In this document: piece by piece, positions 10,076-21,757 of the stretch | Position numbering within the stretch: position 1 is the stretch's first letter | How the letters are laid out: the number at the start of each line of letters is the position of its first letter | Assembly: GCA_050250255.1 (NCBI GenBank) | Contig: JBFWOZ010000005.1 | Span: 1-64,000 of the forward strand | Source: Bdellovibrionales bacterium | GTDB lineage: Bacteria; Bdellovibrionota; Bdellovibrionia; Bdellovibrionales; DASUEL01 | Direction of reading: 5' to 3' | Length of the DNA: 64,000 bases | The notes under the pieces: model-generated | Told to the model about the DNA's origin: nothing | Databases searched by the model: none | Seen by the model: only the letters and a program-made list of their open reading frames with translations | Program-made: the position numbers and the translations under genes

Positions 10076-11098
10076 TTAGGCATCTCTTCTATTATTTGTA
10101 TCAGGATCCCATCCAGGAGGCGGCCAACCATCGACCTTCATTCCTAAACCAAGTCCCATCTCAGAGAGAATTTCTTTAATTTCGTTTAATGATTTACGTC
10201 CAAAGTTTTTTGTCTTTAGCATTTCAGCTTCTGTTTTACTCACAAGCTCACCGATGAAACGAATGTTTGCATTCTTCAAACAGTTTGCGCTTCGAACAGA
10301 CAACTCAAGGTCGTCAACGGAACGGAAAAAGTTTTCGTTGAACTTAGGATTCTCAGTGGTCTTTTCAACTTCACGAGGCTCCATAGCTTCATCAAAATTG
10401 ATGAACACCTGGAGTTGTTCCTTCATGATTTTAGAACCAAGAGAAACAGCTTCTTCTGGCTTAATAGAGCCATCAGTCCAGACTTCTAGGCTTAAAGAAT
10501 CATAATCTGTTCTTTGACCAACACGCGCGAGACCAATTTGGTAGTTCACACGGCGGATGGGGCTGAACAAGCTATCTACAGAGATAAATCCAATTGGAAG
10601 ATCTTCTTTTTGAGCTTCCGCAGGGACATATCCGCGTCCAAGTTTCACGATCAATTCACAGCTAAACTTCGCACCTTCGCGCAAAGTTGCAATGTGCTGA
10701 CCAGGATTCAAAACTTCTACTTTATCAGAAGTTACGATATCTGCGGCAGTGATTGCACCAGAAGAAGTTTTCGAAATACGTACAGTTTGAGGATTTGGAT
10801 CAAACTGGCGAAAACGAACATTCTTAAGATTCAAAATAATATCCGCAACATCTTCCATAACATCTGGAATCGCTGTGAACTCGTGCATAACGCCATCAAT
10901 TTTAATGGCTGCAATGGCAGAGCCCATCATAGAGTTCAAAAGAATTCTACGAAGAGAGTTGCCAAGAGTAACACCATACCCTCTCTCGAGAGGTCTCACG
11001 ACAAATTTGCCGTAATCAACTGAAAGAGAATCACGATCTACTTCGTAACCCTTTGGTTTAATGAGCTCGCTCCAGAATTTGTAGTAATGTGTCTGCAT
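10076..11098 (-). CDS. rpoA: RNA polymerase alpha subunit
   Basis: [19 protein letters not shown] and [10 protein letters not shown]. Confidence 0.99.
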   Translation of the reverse strand: MQTHYYKFWSELIKPKGYEVDRDSLSVDYGKFVVRPLERGYGVTLGNSLRRILLNSMMGSAIAAIKIDGVMHEFTAIPDVMEDVADIILNLKNVRFRQFDPNPQTVRISKTSSGAITAADIVTSDKVEVLNPGQHIATLREGAKFSCELIVKLGRGYVPAEAQKEDLPIGFISVDSLFSPIRRVNYQIGLARVGQRTDYDSLSLEVWTDGSIKPEEAVSLGSKIMKEQLQVFINFDEAMEPREVEKTTENPKFNENFFRSVDDLELSVRSANCLKNANIRFIGELVSKTEAEMLKTKNFGRKSLNEIKEILSEMGLGLGMKVDGWPPPGWDPDTNNRRDA

Positions 11099-11125
11099 TT
11101 GGTTCCCTCTTAAGTTTTCAAAAAA

Positions 11126-11752
11126 TTATCTCGAGTAGTATTCCACGATCATGTTTTCTTCGACATCCAGGCCAATGTTTTCTCTACCAGGAGCGTCTTT
11201 AACACGACCCTTGTAGTTTGCGTGGTCTGGCTCGAGCCATTGAGGAATCTCTCTTCTTTTTACGGACTCAATCGCTGCCATCACTTTGTTTACTTGACGA
11301 CTAGCTTCAGCGACTTCAACAACATCACCCGCAGAGACTGCAAATCCTGGAAGATTCACACGCACACCATTCACTAAAATGTGGTTGTGCTTTACGATTT
11401 GATGAGCTTCACGACGACTAGCTGCAAATCCAAGAAGGTAAACTACGTTATCTAAACGAGTTTCCAATCTCTGAAGAAGTGCTAGGCCTGTTTCGCCTTT
11501 TACTTTCGTAGCGTCTTGAAAATACTTTCGGAATTGTCTTTCGAAAACACCGTAGTAACGCTTTGTTTTTTGTTTTTCACGCAACTGTAATGCAAATTCA
11601 CTGAACTTCATTCGTGATTGACCATGTTGACCTGGGGGATAAGCGCGTCTTTCAAAAGAACACTTATCTGTGTAACAACGGTCCCCTTTAAGAAAAAGCT
11701 TCGTCGCTTCTCTTCGGCAATACTTACAAGCACTTTCAACAATACGACTCAC
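11126..11752 (-). CDS. rpsD: 30S ribosomal protein S4
   Basis: LFLKGDRC, PPGQHG and LETRLDNVVY. GTG start. Confidence 0.98.
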   Translation of the reverse strand: MSRIVESACKYCRREATKLFLKGDRCYTDKCSFERRAYPPGQHGQSRMKFSEFALQLREKQKTKRYYGVFERQFRKYFQDATKVKGETGLALLQRLETRLDNVVYLLGFAASRREAHQIVKHNHILVNGVRVNLPGFAVSAGDVVEVAEASRQVNKVMAAIESVKRREIPQWLEPDHANYKGRVKDAPGRENIGLDVEENMIVEYYSR

Positions 11753-11780
11753 AAAAACTCCTTAACTATAATCTTCACGA

Positions 11781-12182
11781 CTAGATACGACGTCTTTTTG
11801 GTGGACGGCAACCATTGTGAGGAACAGGGGTTACATCCTTCAAAGAAGTGATTTTGATTCCAGCAGCAGCCATTGCTCGAACCGAAGGTTCCCGGCCAGC
11901 GCCAGGTCCTTTAATAAACACGGCAAGGGAACGAACTCCACTTTCAGCAGCCTTTTTGCAAACATCTTCAGCCGCCATTTGAGCAGCGAAAGGTGTTCCT
12001 TTACGGCTTCCTTTGAAACCCATTTTGCCAGCACTTGACCAGCAAAGTGTTCCACCATTGGGATCAGAAATTGTGATGATTGTATTTCCAAACCCTGCAA
12101 AAACATAACAGTTACCGAAAGCAACGTTACGCTTTACTTTTTTCTTCGGAGCCTTTGCAGCTTGAGACGCTGTCTGTGTCAT
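11781..12182 (-). CDS. rpsK: 30S ribosomal protein S11
   Basis: [13 protein letters not shown] and [12 protein letters not shown]. Confidence 0.98.
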   Translation of the reverse strand: MTQTASQAAKAPKKKVKRNVAFGNCYVFAGFGNTIITISDPNGGTLCWSSAGKMGFKGSRKGTPFAAQMAAEDVCKKAAESGVRSLAVFIKGPGAGREPSVRAMAAAGIKITSLKDVTPVPHNGCRPPKRRRI

Positions 12183-12199
12183 TCTTCATTACCTCTTAA

Positions 12200-12574
12200 T
12201 TAAACAACTTTTTTCTTGTTAGCGACTGTTTTACGAACACCCTTGCGAGTACGAGCGTTACTCTTTGTTCTTTGTCCGCGAGTAGGAAGACCTTTTCTGT
12301 GGCGAATACCACGGTATGTACCGAGGTCCATAAGTCTCTTAATCGCAAGACCGATATCTCTTCTTAAATCTCCCTCTACAGGAACATTTTTTTCGAGAAA
12401 ATCTCTGATTTTTGATACGTGCACGTCAGTGAGATTGTCAGTTCTTAAAGAAGATTCAAAGCCAAGCTCTTTGCACATTTTTTGTGCTGTCGCGCGACCG
12501 ATTCCATAAATGTATGTGAGAGCCACTTCGACTCTTTTATTTCGCGGTAAATCTACACCTGATATACGTGCCAT
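12200..12574 (-). CDS. rpsM: 30S ribosomal protein S13
   Basis: [10 protein letters not shown] and [14 protein letters not shown]. Confidence 0.98.
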   Translation of the reverse strand: MARISGVDLPRNKRVEVALTYIYGIGRATAQKMCKELGFESSLRTDNLTDVHVSKIRDFLEKNVPVEGDLRRDIGLAIKRLMDLGTYRGIRHRKGLPTRGQRTKSNARTRKGVRKTVANKKKVV

Positions 12575-12577
12575 GTC

Positions 12578-12691
12578 TTATCCTTGTCTTTGCTTGTGCT
12601 TCGGGTTTTCGCAAATTACACGAATAACGCCTCGACGTTTAATCATCTTACATTTGTTACAAATTTTTTTAACTGAAGCTCGCACCTTCAT
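12578..12691 (-). CDS. rpmJ: 50S ribosomal protein L36 (zinc-ribbon type)
   Basis: Manual translation: [37 protein letters not shown]. Below the ORF-track size cutoff. Confidence 0.97.
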   Translation of the reverse strand: MKVRASVKKICNKCKMIKRRGVIRVICENPKHKQRQG

Positions 12692-12854
12692 ACACAATCC
12701 TCAAACCTGCAGCCTTTAAAATTAGCCAGCGAAAATAGCATTTTTTAGCCATTTTTGTCTAGCCAATAAGGCATTGTTATTAGGGTCTTGACCTTATGTT
12801 ATATAGTGGTCTTGACCCTGTTCTCTGCTATGGGCTCTTTGTCCCTGTAACTCT

Positions 12855-13493
12855 CTATCCAACTTCTACTTTTAACCGCTCAAATACATCTCTAGTAGCA
12901 CCCGTTCCATCAATCTCGACCAGGCACCCAGACTGCTCGTAGTACTCTTTCAAGGGCTTTGTATTCCCTTCATACACTCGGAGTCTCTCTTCGATGACTT
13001 CTTTACGGTCATCTGATCTCTGAATCACTTTCCCGCTACATTTATCACAAGTTCCCTCTGCTTTAGGGGGGCTTGTAACTACGTGGTAAGTAGCTCCACA
13101 TTTCTCACAAACACGGCGTCCAGAAAGCCTGTCTATGATCTGCTGGGATGGCACATTCAAAAAAATGGCCTTATCCAACTCTAAACGCGTCTCCCTCAAG
13201 AGGGTTTCTAGCGCCTGAGCTTGGGCTTTATTTCGTGGAAATCCATCCAAAATAAAGCTTTTACCCCCTAAAGTCTCAAAAGCTTCCTTCACCATTCCAA
13301 TCGTGATGGAATCTGGAACCAATTGGCCAGAATCCATGAAGCTTTTTGCCTTCTTTCCTAACTCCGTTCCGTTCTTCATGGCTGCTCGGAACAAATCACC
13401 TGTGCTTATATGAGTCATATTTAACTCAGATTTAAGCAACTCCGACTGGGTACCTTTACCGGCACCAGGCGGACCAAAGAGGAGAATATTCAA
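12855..13493 (-). CDS. adk: Adenylate kinase (Cys4 zinc lid)
   Basis: [10 protein letters not shown] and LDGFPR, with a CEKC...CDKC lid. TTG start overlaps the secY stop. Confidence 0.97.
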   Translation of the reverse strand: MNILLFGPPGAGKGTQSELLKSELNMTHISTGDLFRAAMKNGTELGKKAKSFMDSGQLVPDSITIGMVKEAFETLGGKSFILDGFPRNKAQAQALETLLRETRLELDKAIFLNVPSQQIIDRLSGRRVCEKCGATYHVVTSPPKAEGTCDKCSGKVIQRSDDRKEVIEERLRVYEGNTKPLKEYYEQSGCLVEIDGTGATRDVFERLKVEVG

Positions 13494-14809
13494 ATTCTCA
13501 CCCTCCGACTTCGGATTTTTGCTCCTCTCATCAAACCTTCATACTTTTGAGTAATCATGTATGACTGAATTTGCTGAGATGTATCTAGAGCCACACCCAC
13601 AAGAATGATCAAGCTTGTGCCACCAAAGTAAAACTGCACATTCAATTGATTGATTAATATCGTAGGAAGAACACAGATAGCGCTCAAATAAAGAGCTCCA
13701 CCCACATTGATACGATCTAAAACTTTTTGTAAATAATCAGCTGTTGGTTTTCCTGCACGAATGCCTGGAATAAAACCACCATATTTTTTTAAATTGTCCG
13801 CCACTTCGTTCGGCTTAAATTGAATTTGCACGTAGAAAAATGTGAAAAACGTAATAAGACCAACCAAAAGAACGTTATAAATCACGCCGCCGGGCTGAAG
13901 CGCTGATTCCACACCACCCAGTGAACCAGGAGGTAAAAACTGTCCTACCATTGAAGGAAACATTAATAAGCTACTTGCAAAAATAGGAGGAATGACTCCT
14001 GAGAAGTTCAACTTCAACGGAAGGTGACTAGAGGGCGTACCCATTGGCTGCCGACCCACACCACGTTGAGAGTATTGAACAGGAATTCTTCTTTGACCAA
14101 CTTCAAGAAAGATCACAATGCCAATGATGAGAATCATGAACGCGAGAAGGCCCAAAGCCAAACCAAAGTTTAACTGACTATTCTTCACAAGCTCATAAGT
14201 CGTCATAAAACCGTGTGGAATGCCGGCTGCAATACCAGAAAAAATGATAAGACTCGCGCCATTACCAATTCCTCTTTCAGTGATCTGCTCACCGAGCCAC
14301 ATGATAAAACATGTACCTGCAGTCAGAGTAATAATTGTCATCATTTCAAACGGCAAGAAACCCACATAAGGAGAAATCACAAAGGACTGTCCTGCATGGT
14401 TTGAATGTTTCAAGAATGAACTGATTCCATAGCCCTGGATAACCGCCAAAACGACGGTACCATAGCGTGTATATTGATTTATTTTTTTACGACCGGGCTC
14501 GCCCTCTTTTTGAAGAGCTTCAAGGTATGGAACAATCGAGGTCAATAATTGAAAAATGATCGAGCTCGAAATGTAAGGCATGATCCCGAGAGCAAAAATA
14601 CTAAATCGCTCTAAAGCTCCACCAGAAAACAGATTGAAAACTCCAAAAATGGAATTCCCCTGTGAGGCAAAAAACTGTGTAATCACGTTGCCGTCAACAC
14701 CTGGAGTTGGAACGTGAACACCAATACGGTAAACAGCGAGAATAAGGAGTGTAAAACCAATTCGGCGACGAAGATCTGAGTTGTTGGCAAGACTCTCTAC
14801 GGCTGACAC
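13490..14809 (-). CDS. secY: Preprotein translocase SecY
   Basis: [30 protein letters not shown] and FIPGIRAG. Confidence 0.99.
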   Translation of the reverse strand: MSAVESLANNSDLRRRIGFTLLILAVYRIGVHVPTPGVDGNVITQFFASQGNSIFGVFNLFSGGALERFSIFALGIMPYISSSIIFQLLTSIVPYLEALQKEGEPGRKKINQYTRYGTVVLAVIQGYGISSFLKHSNHAGQSFVISPYVGFLPFEMMTIITLTAGTCFIMWLGEQITERGIGNGASLIIFSGIAAGIPHGFMTTYELVKNSQLNFGLALGLLAFMILIIGIVIFLEVGQRRIPVQYSQRGVGRQPMGTPSSHLPLKLNFSGVIPPIFASSLLMFPSMVGQFLPPGSLGGVESALQPGGVIYNVLLVGLITFFTFFYVQIQFKPNEVADNLKKYGGFIPGIRAGKPTADYLQKVLDRINVGGALYLSAICVLPTILINQLNVQFYFGGTSLIILVGVALDTSQQIQSYMITQKYEGLMRGAKIRSRRVRI

Positions 14810-15246
14810 TAGCTAATTACCTCAGTCTTTCCACCTGCTTCTTCAATTGCTTTTTTGGCTGTCTCACTAAATTTATGAGCTTTTACATTCAATTTTTTAG
14901 TGAGCTTCCCTCTTCCTAAAATTTTCACAGGAAACCGAGATGCCAAGTTGTTTTCCAAAAGAAGTTCAGGAGTGATGTCGCCATCTAACCTCTCTAAATC
15001 TTGCAAATTAACAACAGAGTATTCTACACGAAATTTATTTGTAAAACCGAACTTAGGAAGACGACGATGCAAAGGCATCTGACCACCCTCGAATCCACGG
15101 CGAACGCGTCCACCTGATCGAGCCAATTGTCCTTTATGTCCTTTACCGGCCGTTCCACCTTGTCCAGAGGCATCTCCACGTCCACGACGTTTAGTGGCTT
15201 TCTTTTCGGCGCCCTTTGCAGGTCGCAATTCACTTAAGAGACTCAT
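14809..15246 (-). CDS. rplO: 50S ribosomal protein L15
   Basis: [18 protein letters not shown]. Confidence 0.98.
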   Translation of the reverse strand: MSLLSELRPAKGAEKKATKRRGRGDASGQGGTAGKGHKGQLARSGGRVRRGFEGGQMPLHRRLPKFGFTNKFRVEYSVVNLQDLERLDGDITPELLLENNLASRFPVKILGRGKLTKKLNVKAHKFSETAKKAIEEAGGKTEVIS

Positions 15247-15458
15247 TTTCTTTTCTCCACGCTAGTTTTACCAGCTTTAGCAACTTCTACTTGTAGGAGA
15301 TGTTGCACTTTTAAAATCTGTCCTCTGTTAGCAGGATTGTCCGCTAAAACCGCTGAAGACCCTGTTTTTCTTAAACCAAGGCTTGCTACAGTTTTAATCT
15401 GAGATTGCGTGCAGCCAATCGTGCTTTTTTTCAACGTCACTTCAAAATTCTTAGCCAT
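15243..15458 (-). CDS. rpmD: 50S ribosomal protein L30
   Basis: VTLKKSTIG...LGLRK...[11 protein letters not shown], at the expected position. Confidence 0.95.
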   Translation of the reverse strand: MAKNFEVTLKKSTIGCTQSQIKTVASLGLRKTGSSAVLADNPANRGQILKVQHLLQVEVAKAGKTSVEKRK

Positions 15459-15460
15459 GA

Positions 15461-15940
15461 CTAACCTTCTTTTCTCCTGTTAGCTGCAATTGTTTCTGCT
15501 AACTCAAGTTTTTTGAGTCCATCAACAGTCGCACGAAGAGCGTTATGCGGATTTCTTGTACCCACACATTTTGTCAGAATATTTTTAACTCCGGCTGATT
15601 CCAAAACGGCGCGAACGGCACCGCCAGCAATCACTCCTGTTCCAGGAGCTGCAGGCATCAAGATGACTTTTGCGGCGCCAAAGCGACCAATCACTTGATG
15701 AGGAATTGTTCCATTGTTCAACTGAACTTTTTTGCAGTTTTTCTTTGCGGCACGTCCTGCTTTACCAATAGCAAGCGGAACTTCGTTGGCCTTTCCAAGA
15801 CCATAACCAACTTCGCCAGTCTTATTTCCTACAACCACAAGGGCAGAGAAAGAAAATCGACGACCACCCTTTACAACTTTGGCAACACGATTGATGGCGA
15901 CTACTCTCTCTTCAAATTCAGAATTCTGTTGTTCACTCAC
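15461..15940 (-). CDS. rpsE: 30S ribosomal protein S5
   Basis: [23 protein letters not shown]. Confidence 0.98.
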   Translation of the reverse strand: MSEQQNSEFEERVVAINRVAKVVKGGRRFSFSALVVVGNKTGEVGYGLGKANEVPLAIGKAGRAAKKNCKKVQLNNGTIPHQVIGRFGAAKVILMPAAPGTGVIAGGAVRAVLESAGVKNILTKCVGTRNPHNALRATVDGLKKLELAETIAANRRKEG

Positions 15941-15951
15941 TGGTGACCTCC

Positions 15952-16323
15952 TTAAAACTTCAAGCCGGCTTCACGCGCGGCATCAGCAAGGGCCTGTACT
16001 TGGCCGTGGTATAAATATCCGTTTCGATCAAAAACAACAGCGCTCACTTTTTTAGAAATGGCTCGCTTGGCAACTTCAGCACCAACCGCAGTCGCTGCTT
16101 CTTTACCTTTTTTAGTTCCTAATTCTTTTTCTAAGCTAGAAGCCTGAACAAGTGTTGTGCCCGTAACATCGTCAATCACTTGAGCATAAATGTATTTCAA
16201 GCTTCTATACACAGTAAGACGTGGACGTGCTTCTGTGCCCGTCACAACTTTACGGATGCGAACTTTCTTCTTCAGTCTGTTCACCACATTGGCTTTGGTT
16301 CTTTTTTTAAACTTCAGTTTCAT
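15952..16323 (-). CDS. rplR: 50S ribosomal protein L18
   Basis: RPRLTVYRS and [12 protein letters not shown]. Confidence 0.98.
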   Translation of the reverse strand: MKLKFKKRTKANVVNRLKKKVRIRKVVTGTEARPRLTVYRSLKYIYAQVIDDVTGTTLVQASSLEKELGTKKGKEAATAVGAEVAKRAISKKVSAVVFDRNGYLYHGQVQALADAAREAGLKF

Positions 16324-16332
16324 AACAAGCTC

Positions 16333-16875
16333 CTACTTCGCCCCGGCCTTACCAGCTTTTTTCCTAATATGTTCGTTTGCGTATTTCACACCTTTGCCAA
16401 GGAACGGTTCAGGCGGTCTAAATCCTCTAATTTTTGCTGCTACTTGGCCCACAAGAGCCTTGTTCGCACCATTCACATGAATGGTTGTTGATTTATCAAC
16501 TTTAATTTCGATTCCTTCTGGAATGTCATAGGCGATAGGATGGCTAAACCCGAGAGTCAGCTCCAATTTTTTTCCAGCTACGTTACCTCTGTAACCTACA
16601 CCCACAAGCTCAAGCGTTTTGCTAAAACCACCGCTTACACCTGTTACAGCATTCTGTACAAGAGCGCGGTATAAGCCATGAAGAGATCTTGCCACTCGTT
16701 CATCGTTAGAACGAGTCAAGATGACCTGATTGCCTTCTACTTTAGCTTGAACCTCAGGACGCATTTGCACAGTTTGAGAAGCTTTTGCACCTTTCACTAC
16801 GACTTCATTATTAGGAGTCACAGTGACTTGCACACCTGCTGCAATCATAACTGGAGAACGACCAATTCTTGACAT
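16333..16875 (-). CDS. rplF: 50S ribosomal protein L6
   Basis: MSRIG, LGFSHP and RPPEPFLGKG. Confidence 0.98.
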   Translation of the reverse strand: MSRIGRSPVMIAAGVQVTVTPNNEVVVKGAKASQTVQMRPEVQAKVEGNQVILTRSNDERVARSLHGLYRALVQNAVTGVSGGFSKTLELVGVGYRGNVAGKKLELTLGFSHPIAYDIPEGIEIKVDKSTTIHVNGANKALVGQVAAKIRGFRPPEPFLGKGVKYANEHIRKKAGKAGAK

Positions 16876-16896
16876 AAATCACCTATCTCTTTTCAA

Positions 16897-17286
16897 CTAC
16901 CAAACGGTGCAGAGAATTTCTCCGCCCAGGTTGTCAGTTTCTGCCTGTTTTCCACTTACAATCCCTTTGCTTGAGCTAAGGATAGATAAACCGAAACCAG
17001 AACGAACCTTTGGAATTTCATCTTTTTTTACATATTGTCTACGACCAGGACGACTCACGCGGCGAATTTCATTTATCACTGGAGCTCCCTGACCATCATA
17101 ACGAAGATAGACACGCATCATTCCCTGCTTATCATCACGAACCACTTTAAAGTGGCGAATGTAACCTTCGTTTCTCAAAACTTCAGCAATCCCTACTCGT
17201 ACATTCGAGCTAGGAATATCCACTTTTTCGTGTTTGGCCATAGAGGCATTACGAATACGAGTTAAAAAATATCCAATAGTATCCAT
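16897..17286 (-). CDS. rpsH: 30S ribosomal protein S8
   Basis: LTRIRNA, SRPGRRQY and GGEILC. Confidence 0.98.
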   Translation of the reverse strand: MDTIGYFLTRIRNASMAKHEKVDIPSSNVRVGIAEVLRNEGYIRHFKVVRDDKQGMMRVYLRYDGQGAPVINEIRRVSRPGRRQYVKKDEIPKVRSGFGLSILSSSKGIVSGKQAETDNLGGEILCTVW

Positions 17287-17295
17287 GACTACTCC

Positions 17296-17481
17296 TTACC
17301 AACTTGCCTTAGTTACACCAGGGAGAAGTCCTCTGGATGCGTGCTTACGGAAACAAAGACGGCACATTTGAAATTTACGAATGAAAGCGCGAGGTCTTCC
17401 ACACAAAGGACATCGATTGTTTTTTCTAGTACTAAATTTGGGCTTACGGGCAGCCTTTACCATCATCGATTTTTTAGACAC
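17296..17481 (-). CDS. rpsN: 30S ribosomal protein S14, type Z (zinc-binding)
   Basis: 61 aa with CPLCGR...MCRLCFR. Confidence 0.97.
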   Translation of the reverse strand: MSKKSMMVKAARKPKFSTRKNNRCPLCGRPRAFIRKFQMCRLCFRKHASRGLLPGVTKASW

Positions 17482-17493
17482 GTCTTAGCTCTC

Positions 17494-18036
17494 CTATTTC
17501 TTTCTAAATGGCATGCCGAGTTCTTCTAAAAGGGCGCGGCCTTCAGCATCTGATACGGCAGTTGTACAGATTGTGATATTTAGCCCTCTTACCTTGTCGA
17601 CCTTATCGTAATCGACTTCTGGAAATACGATTTGTTCTTTCAATCCCATATTGTAGTTTCCACGACCGTCAAACCCTTTTGAGGAAAGACCGCGGAAGTC
17701 ACGTACACGAGGGAGACCTACAGAAACCAAACGATCCAAGAACGCCCACATACGCTCACGTCGCAAAGTGACGCGAACACCGATCGGCATACCCTGTCTT
17801 AATTTGAAGTTTGAAATCGCTTTCTTAGCGCGAGTCACCACTGCTTTTTGCCCAGCAATAGCAGTCATCTCTTCCTGCACAAGATTGATAATTTTTGGAT
17901 TAGATGTTGCTTCGCCAACCGCTGCATTGATCACGATTTTTTCTAATCGTGGCACTTGCATAGGACTTTGGAAGTTAAATTTGCTCTGCAAACTTTTAAC
18001 AACATCTTTTTGATATTTATTTTGTAGCCGATTCAC
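17494..18036 (-). CDS. rplE: 50S ribosomal protein L5
   Basis: PRLEKIVIN and [13 protein letters not shown] 18036 is preferred over TTG 18042 because of its spacing from the AAGGAG SD. Confidence 0.97.
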   Translation of the reverse strand: MNRLQNKYQKDVVKSLQSKFNFQSPMQVPRLEKIVINAAVGEATSNPKIINLVQEEMTAIAGQKAVVTRAKKAISNFKLRQGMPIGVRVTLRRERMWAFLDRLVSVGLPRVRDFRGLSSKGFDGRGNYNMGLKEQIVFPEVDYDKVDKVRGLNITICTTAVSDAEGRALLEELGMPFRKK

Positions 18037-18047
18037 TTTCAAACTCC

Positions 18048-18416
18048 TTAAATTACTTCTGGTGCCAGCGAAATAATTTTCACAAATTGCTTAGCTCTCA
18101 ACTCACGAGCTACTGGACCGAAAATACGTGTTCCAATTGGCTCTTTGTCTGCCTTGATCAAAACTGCGGAGTTTTCATCAAAACGAATATAGGAACCGTC
18201 AGCGCGACGTACTCTTTGGATTGTTCTCACGACAACCGCTTTCGCAACTTCACCTTTTTTTACTTTTGTTCCAGGAAGAGCTTCTTTAATAGAAACAACA
18301 ATAATGTCTCCAACTGAGGCTACTCTTCGACGTGAACCACCGAGAACTTTGATGCACTGAACTTCTTTAGCACCAGAGTTGTCTGCAACTCTTAAGCGCG
18401 TTTGCTGTTGAATCAT
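18048..18416 (-). CDS. rplN: 50S ribosomal protein L14
   Basis: VADNSGAK and [12 protein letters not shown]. Confidence 0.99.
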   Translation of the reverse strand: MIQQQTRLRVADNSGAKEVQCIKVLGGSRRRVASVGDIIVVSIKEALPGTKVKKGEVAKAVVVRTIQRVRRADGSYIRFDENSAVLIKADKEPIGTRIFGPVARELRAKQFVKIISLAPEVI

Positions 18417-18727
18417 AATTCAACTCCTTGATCTCCAGCTTTCGTAACCACTTCTACAAGCCTCCAGCGCTTAGTTTTGCTGAGCGGACGAGTTTCTTCG
18501 ATACGAACTCGATCACCAAGTTTAGCAGTGTTTTTTGTATTGTGTGCGCTGAACGTGTTAGCACGACGGAAGAACTTACCGTATTTTGCATGGCTTACCA
18601 TTCGGTAAACTTCAACAACGATTGTGTCCTTCATTTTTTCGCTTACAACAACGCCTACTTTTTCGTTGCGATTTCGGCTTCGTACTTCTGTTGAAGTCTG
18701 TTTTTTGTCTGCAGCTGTTTTTTTCAT
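18413..18727 (-). CDS. rpsQ: 30S ribosomal protein S17
   Basis: GVVVSEKM and [11 protein letters not shown]. Confidence 0.97.
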   Translation of the reverse strand: MKKTAADKKQTSTEVRSRNRNEKVGVVVSEKMKDTIVVEVYRMVSHAKYGKFFRRANTFSAHNTKNTAKLGDRVRIEETRPLSKTKRWRLVEVVTKAGDQGVEL

Positions 18728-18737
18728 TTATTCCATC

Positions 18738-18929
18738 CTACTCGGCTAACTTCTGCGCGAGAGAAGTCTTCACTCGAGCAATATTACGTCTAACATCTCT
18801 AATCATGAGGGGATTACCCGCTTGACCGAGAGAGTTCTTCATACGCAATTCAAAGTATTCTTCTCTCAAAGTTTTTAATTTTTTATTAAGCTCGTCTACC
18901 GCAAGCTCTTTAATTTCCGCAAACTTCAT
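18738..18929 (-). CDS. rpmC: 50S ribosomal protein L29
   Basis: IRDVRRNIARVKT. Confidence 0.96.
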   Translation of the reverse strand: MKFAEIKELAVDELNKKLKTLREEYFELRMKNSLGQAGNPLMIRDVRRNIARVKTSLAQKLAE

Positions 18930-18931
18930 AT

Positions 18932-19339
18932 CTACTCCCGAGCCAAAAATTTCGTTTTAAGTGGTAATTTATGGGCCGCAAGACGAAATGCTTCCTGAGC
19001 TTGCTGTTTTGTTACTCCATCCATCTCGAATAAAACTCGGCCAGGACGAACAGAAGCTACCCAGTATTCTGGATTTCCTTTACCGCTACCCATACGAGTT
19101 TCAGCCGCTTTTTTCGTAATCACTTTATCTGGGAAAATACGAATCCAAACTTTACCGCCTCTTTTAATATAGCGGCTGATGGCAATACGACTAGCTTCGA
19201 TTTGACGAGCTGTTACCCATCCATCTTCCATTGTCTGTAGTCCGTAAGTTCCAAAAGAGATTGAAGCCCCACGAGTCGCAAGACCTCTTCTTCTTCCCTT
19301 ATGCTGCTTTCTATATTTAACCTTCTTTGGGCTTAGCAC
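18932..19339 (-). CDS. rplP: 50S ribosomal protein L16
   Basis: [12 protein letters not shown]. Confidence 0.98.
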   Translation of the reverse strand: MLSPKKVKYRKQHKGRRRGLATRGASISFGTYGLQTMEDGWVTARQIEASRIAISRYIKRGGKVWIRIFPDKVITKKAAETRMGSGKGNPEYWVASVRPGRVLFEMDGVTKQQAQEAFRLAAHKLPLKTKFLARE

Positions 19340-20000
19340 GTTGTGCCTCCTCTTGCTCTCTCACTTCTTTCATTGAAAGAACGTCGCCCTTATAAACCCA
19401 AACTTTTAAACCAATGAGTCCATAAGTGGTGAGCGCTTCCGCAGTTCCATAATCAATATCTGCTCTTAAAGTGTGAAGAGGTACGCTCTTCTCTGTGTAC
19501 CATTCTGAACGAGCAATCTCTGCTCCATCAAGGCGGCCACCAACTTTGATTTTTACTCCACGAACTCCACCACGCATTGCTGCCTGGAGGGCTTTCTTGA
19601 GAGCTCTTCTCCAAGAAATACGTTTTTCTAATTGGAGAGCAACGTTCTCAGCGATCAGTTGAGCATCGATGTCTGGCTTACGAACTTCTTGAATATTCAA
19701 AAATACTTCATTCGGAGTGAGTCTTTGAACATCTGCCTTAAGAGCATCAATTCCAGTTCCTTTTTTACCGATCACGACACCTGGACGAGCTGTTGCAATA
19801 ATAATTTTGATCTTATTTGCAGCTCTTTCCATTTCAATACGTGCAATACCCGCATGCTTTAATTTCTCACGGAGGTACTTACGAAGCTTAAAGTCTTCAT
19901 GAAGATTGGTGGCGTAAGCTTTACCCTTCGCAAACCATCTAGAATCCCAGGTACGAATAACGCCGACTCTAAATCCTACTGGATTAACCTTTTGTCCCAC
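19317..20000 (-). CDS. rpsC: 30S ribosomal protein S3
   Basis: MGQKVNP and [11 protein letters not shown]. Confidence 0.98.
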   Translation of the reverse strand: MGQKVNPVGFRVGVIRTWDSRWFAKGKAYATNLHEDFKLRKYLREKLKHAGIARIEMERAANKIKIIIATARPGVVIGKKGTGIDALKADVQRLTPNEVFLNIQEVRKPDIDAQLIAENVALQLEKRISWRRALKKALQAAMRGGVRGVKIKVGGRLDGAEIARSEWYTEKSVPLHTLRADIDYGTAEALTTYGLIGLKVWVYKGDVLSMKEVREQEEAQRAKPKEG

Positions 20001-20002
20001 GC

Positions 20003-20335
20003 TTACCTCTCATCCAATACTAAATTAATGTGACTCATCTTTTTTCTAATCTCTGTTGCACGACCTTGAGCGCGAGGAGTGTAGCGCTTCAATACAGGTC
20101 CTTGATCTACGGTGAGCGTTTTGACGTAAAGATTGTCTACATCAATCACTTGTTTTTGGTTTGCATTCGCAACTGCAGATTCAATCAACTTTTTTAATAG
20201 ACCTGCGGTTTTTTTATTCATGAACGTAAGAGTTCTGAGCGCTTCATTCACGTCTTTACCGCGAACAAGATCGCTAACCAATCTTGCTTTTTGTGCGCTC
20301 ACTCTTGCGTATCTTAGCTTTGCAGTGACTTCCAT
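20003..20335 (-). CDS. rplV: 50S ribosomal protein L22
   Basis: SAVANA and PRAQGRA. Confidence 0.98.
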   Translation of the reverse strand: MEVTAKLRYARVSAQKARLVSDLVRGKDVNEALRTLTFMNKKTAGLLKKLIESAVANANQKQVIDVDNLYVKTLTVDQGPVLKRYTPRAQGRATEIRKKMSHINLVLDER

Positions 20336-20346
20336 TTTCTAACTCC

Positions 20347-20640
20347 CTATCCTGCCGGCTTTGCTACAGGCGCTGTAGCTTTTTTCTCAGAGTGGCCGGA
20401 GAACTGTCGTGTTGGTGCAAATTCACCAAACTTATGACCAATCATATTTTCTGTAACGTACACAGGAACAAACTTCTTACCGTTATGAACGGCGAATGTA
20501 AGACCAACAGCCTCAGGAATAATGGTCGATCTTCGAGACCACGTTTTGATCACTTTTTTATCGCCTTTTTCTTTTGCATTAACGACTTTTTTCATCAAAT
20601 GGTCGTCAACAAAAGGACCTTTTTTAATCGATCTAGCCAC
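20347..20640 (-). CDS. rpsS: 30S ribosomal protein S19
   Basis: KTWSRRSTI and [11 protein letters not shown]. Confidence 0.98.
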   Translation of the reverse strand: MARSIKKGPFVDDHLMKKVVNAKEKGDKKVIKTWSRRSTIIPEAVGLTFAVHNGKKFVPVYVTENMIGHKFGEFAPTRQFSGHSEKKATAPVAKPAG

Positions 20641-20654
20641 GTTAACCTCTCCTC

Positions 20655-21473
20655 TTACTTCCTGCGCTTAACAATCATGCTATCAGTACGTTTATTATTA
20701 CGAGTCTTATATCCCTTACACGGCTGACCCCATGGAGTCATAGGGTGATTACCCTTACCACGTGCCTCACCACCACCCATTGGGTGATCGATCGGATTCA
20801 TCGCAGTACCACGAACAAATGGACGAATGTTTTTCCAACGAGAACGACCCGCTTTACCAATTGTGATGTTTTCGTTGTCAGTGTTTCCAACTTGTCCAAT
20901 AGAAGCACGGCACTTACTCAAGATTCTGCGCGTCTCACCAGACGGCAATCGCACTTGGCAATAATCTCCATCTTTTGAAACAAGAGAAGCACTTGCACCA
21001 GCGCCACGAACAAGCTGCGCTCCTTTTCCAGGACGCACTTCAATATTATGAATAATTGTTCCCGCCGGGATCATTCCGAGAGGCAAACAATTGCCTGGCT
21101 TAATATCGGCGTGATCACTTGAGAGAACTTGATCGCCTACATTCAAGCCAATTGGCGCGATGATGTAGGATTTTTTTCCGTTCGCATAGCAGATCAAAGC
21201 AATACGAGATGTTCTATATGGATCATACTCAATCGCTGTGACCTTCGCTGGAATGTCCAAGATATTGCGAGTGAAATCCACAAGACGGTAGCGGCGCTTA
21301 TGTCCACCACCCTTATGTCTCATCGTAATAAAACCATGGTTGTTACGACCAGAGTTACGAGAAAGGGCAACTGTTAATGATTTTTCCGGCTTTGATTTTG
21401 TGATTTCACTAAAATCAAAACCTGTCATGTGACGACGGCTATCTGTGACCGGTTTGTATACTTTTACACCCAT
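20655..21473 (-). CDS. rplB: 50S ribosomal protein L2
   Basis: GGGHKRRYR and [17 protein letters not shown]. Confidence 0.99.
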   Translation of the reverse strand: MGVKVYKPVTDSRRHMTGFDFSEITKSKPEKSLTVALSRNSGRNNHGFITMRHKGGGHKRRYRLVDFTRNILDIPAKVTAIEYDPYRTSRIALICYANGKKSYIIAPIGLNVGDQVLSSDHADIKPGNCLPLGMIPAGTIIHNIEVRPGKGAQLVRGAGASASLVSKDGDYCQVRLPSGETRRILSKCRASIGQVGNTDNENITIGKAGRSRWKNIRPFVRGTAMNPIDHPMGGGEARGKGNHPMTPWGQPCKGYKTRNNKRTDSMIVKRRK

Positions 21474-21476
21474 TTC

Positions 21477-21755
21477 TTAAACCCCTTCAAAAATCTTAAT
21501 TTTTTCGCCAGGAGCCAGTTTCACCAGAGCTTTTTTCCAGTAACGAGTTGGGCTCAAATTTTTACCTACTCGACGAGCTCGGTCACGGCAAACCATCGTT
21601 CTGACTTGGTCCACTTTCACTTGAAAGGCTTTTTCGATCGCTTTTTTGATTTTTGTTTTGTCTGCTGACTCACAAACTTCAAATGCGTAAACACCTTGAG
21701 CGTTATGGACTGTGTTTTTTTCTGTAACTAGTGGTTTCTTAATAATTTCCAACAT
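21477..21755 (-). CDS. rplW: 50S ribosomal protein L23
   Basis: KPLVTEK and WKKALVKL. Start moved to ATG 21755. Confidence 0.96.
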   Translation of the reverse strand: MLEIIKKPLVTEKNTVHNAQGVYAFEVCESADKTKIKKAIEKAFQVKVDQVRTMVCRDRARRVGKNLSPTRYWKKALVKLAPGEKIKIFEGV

Positions 21756-21757
21756 GA

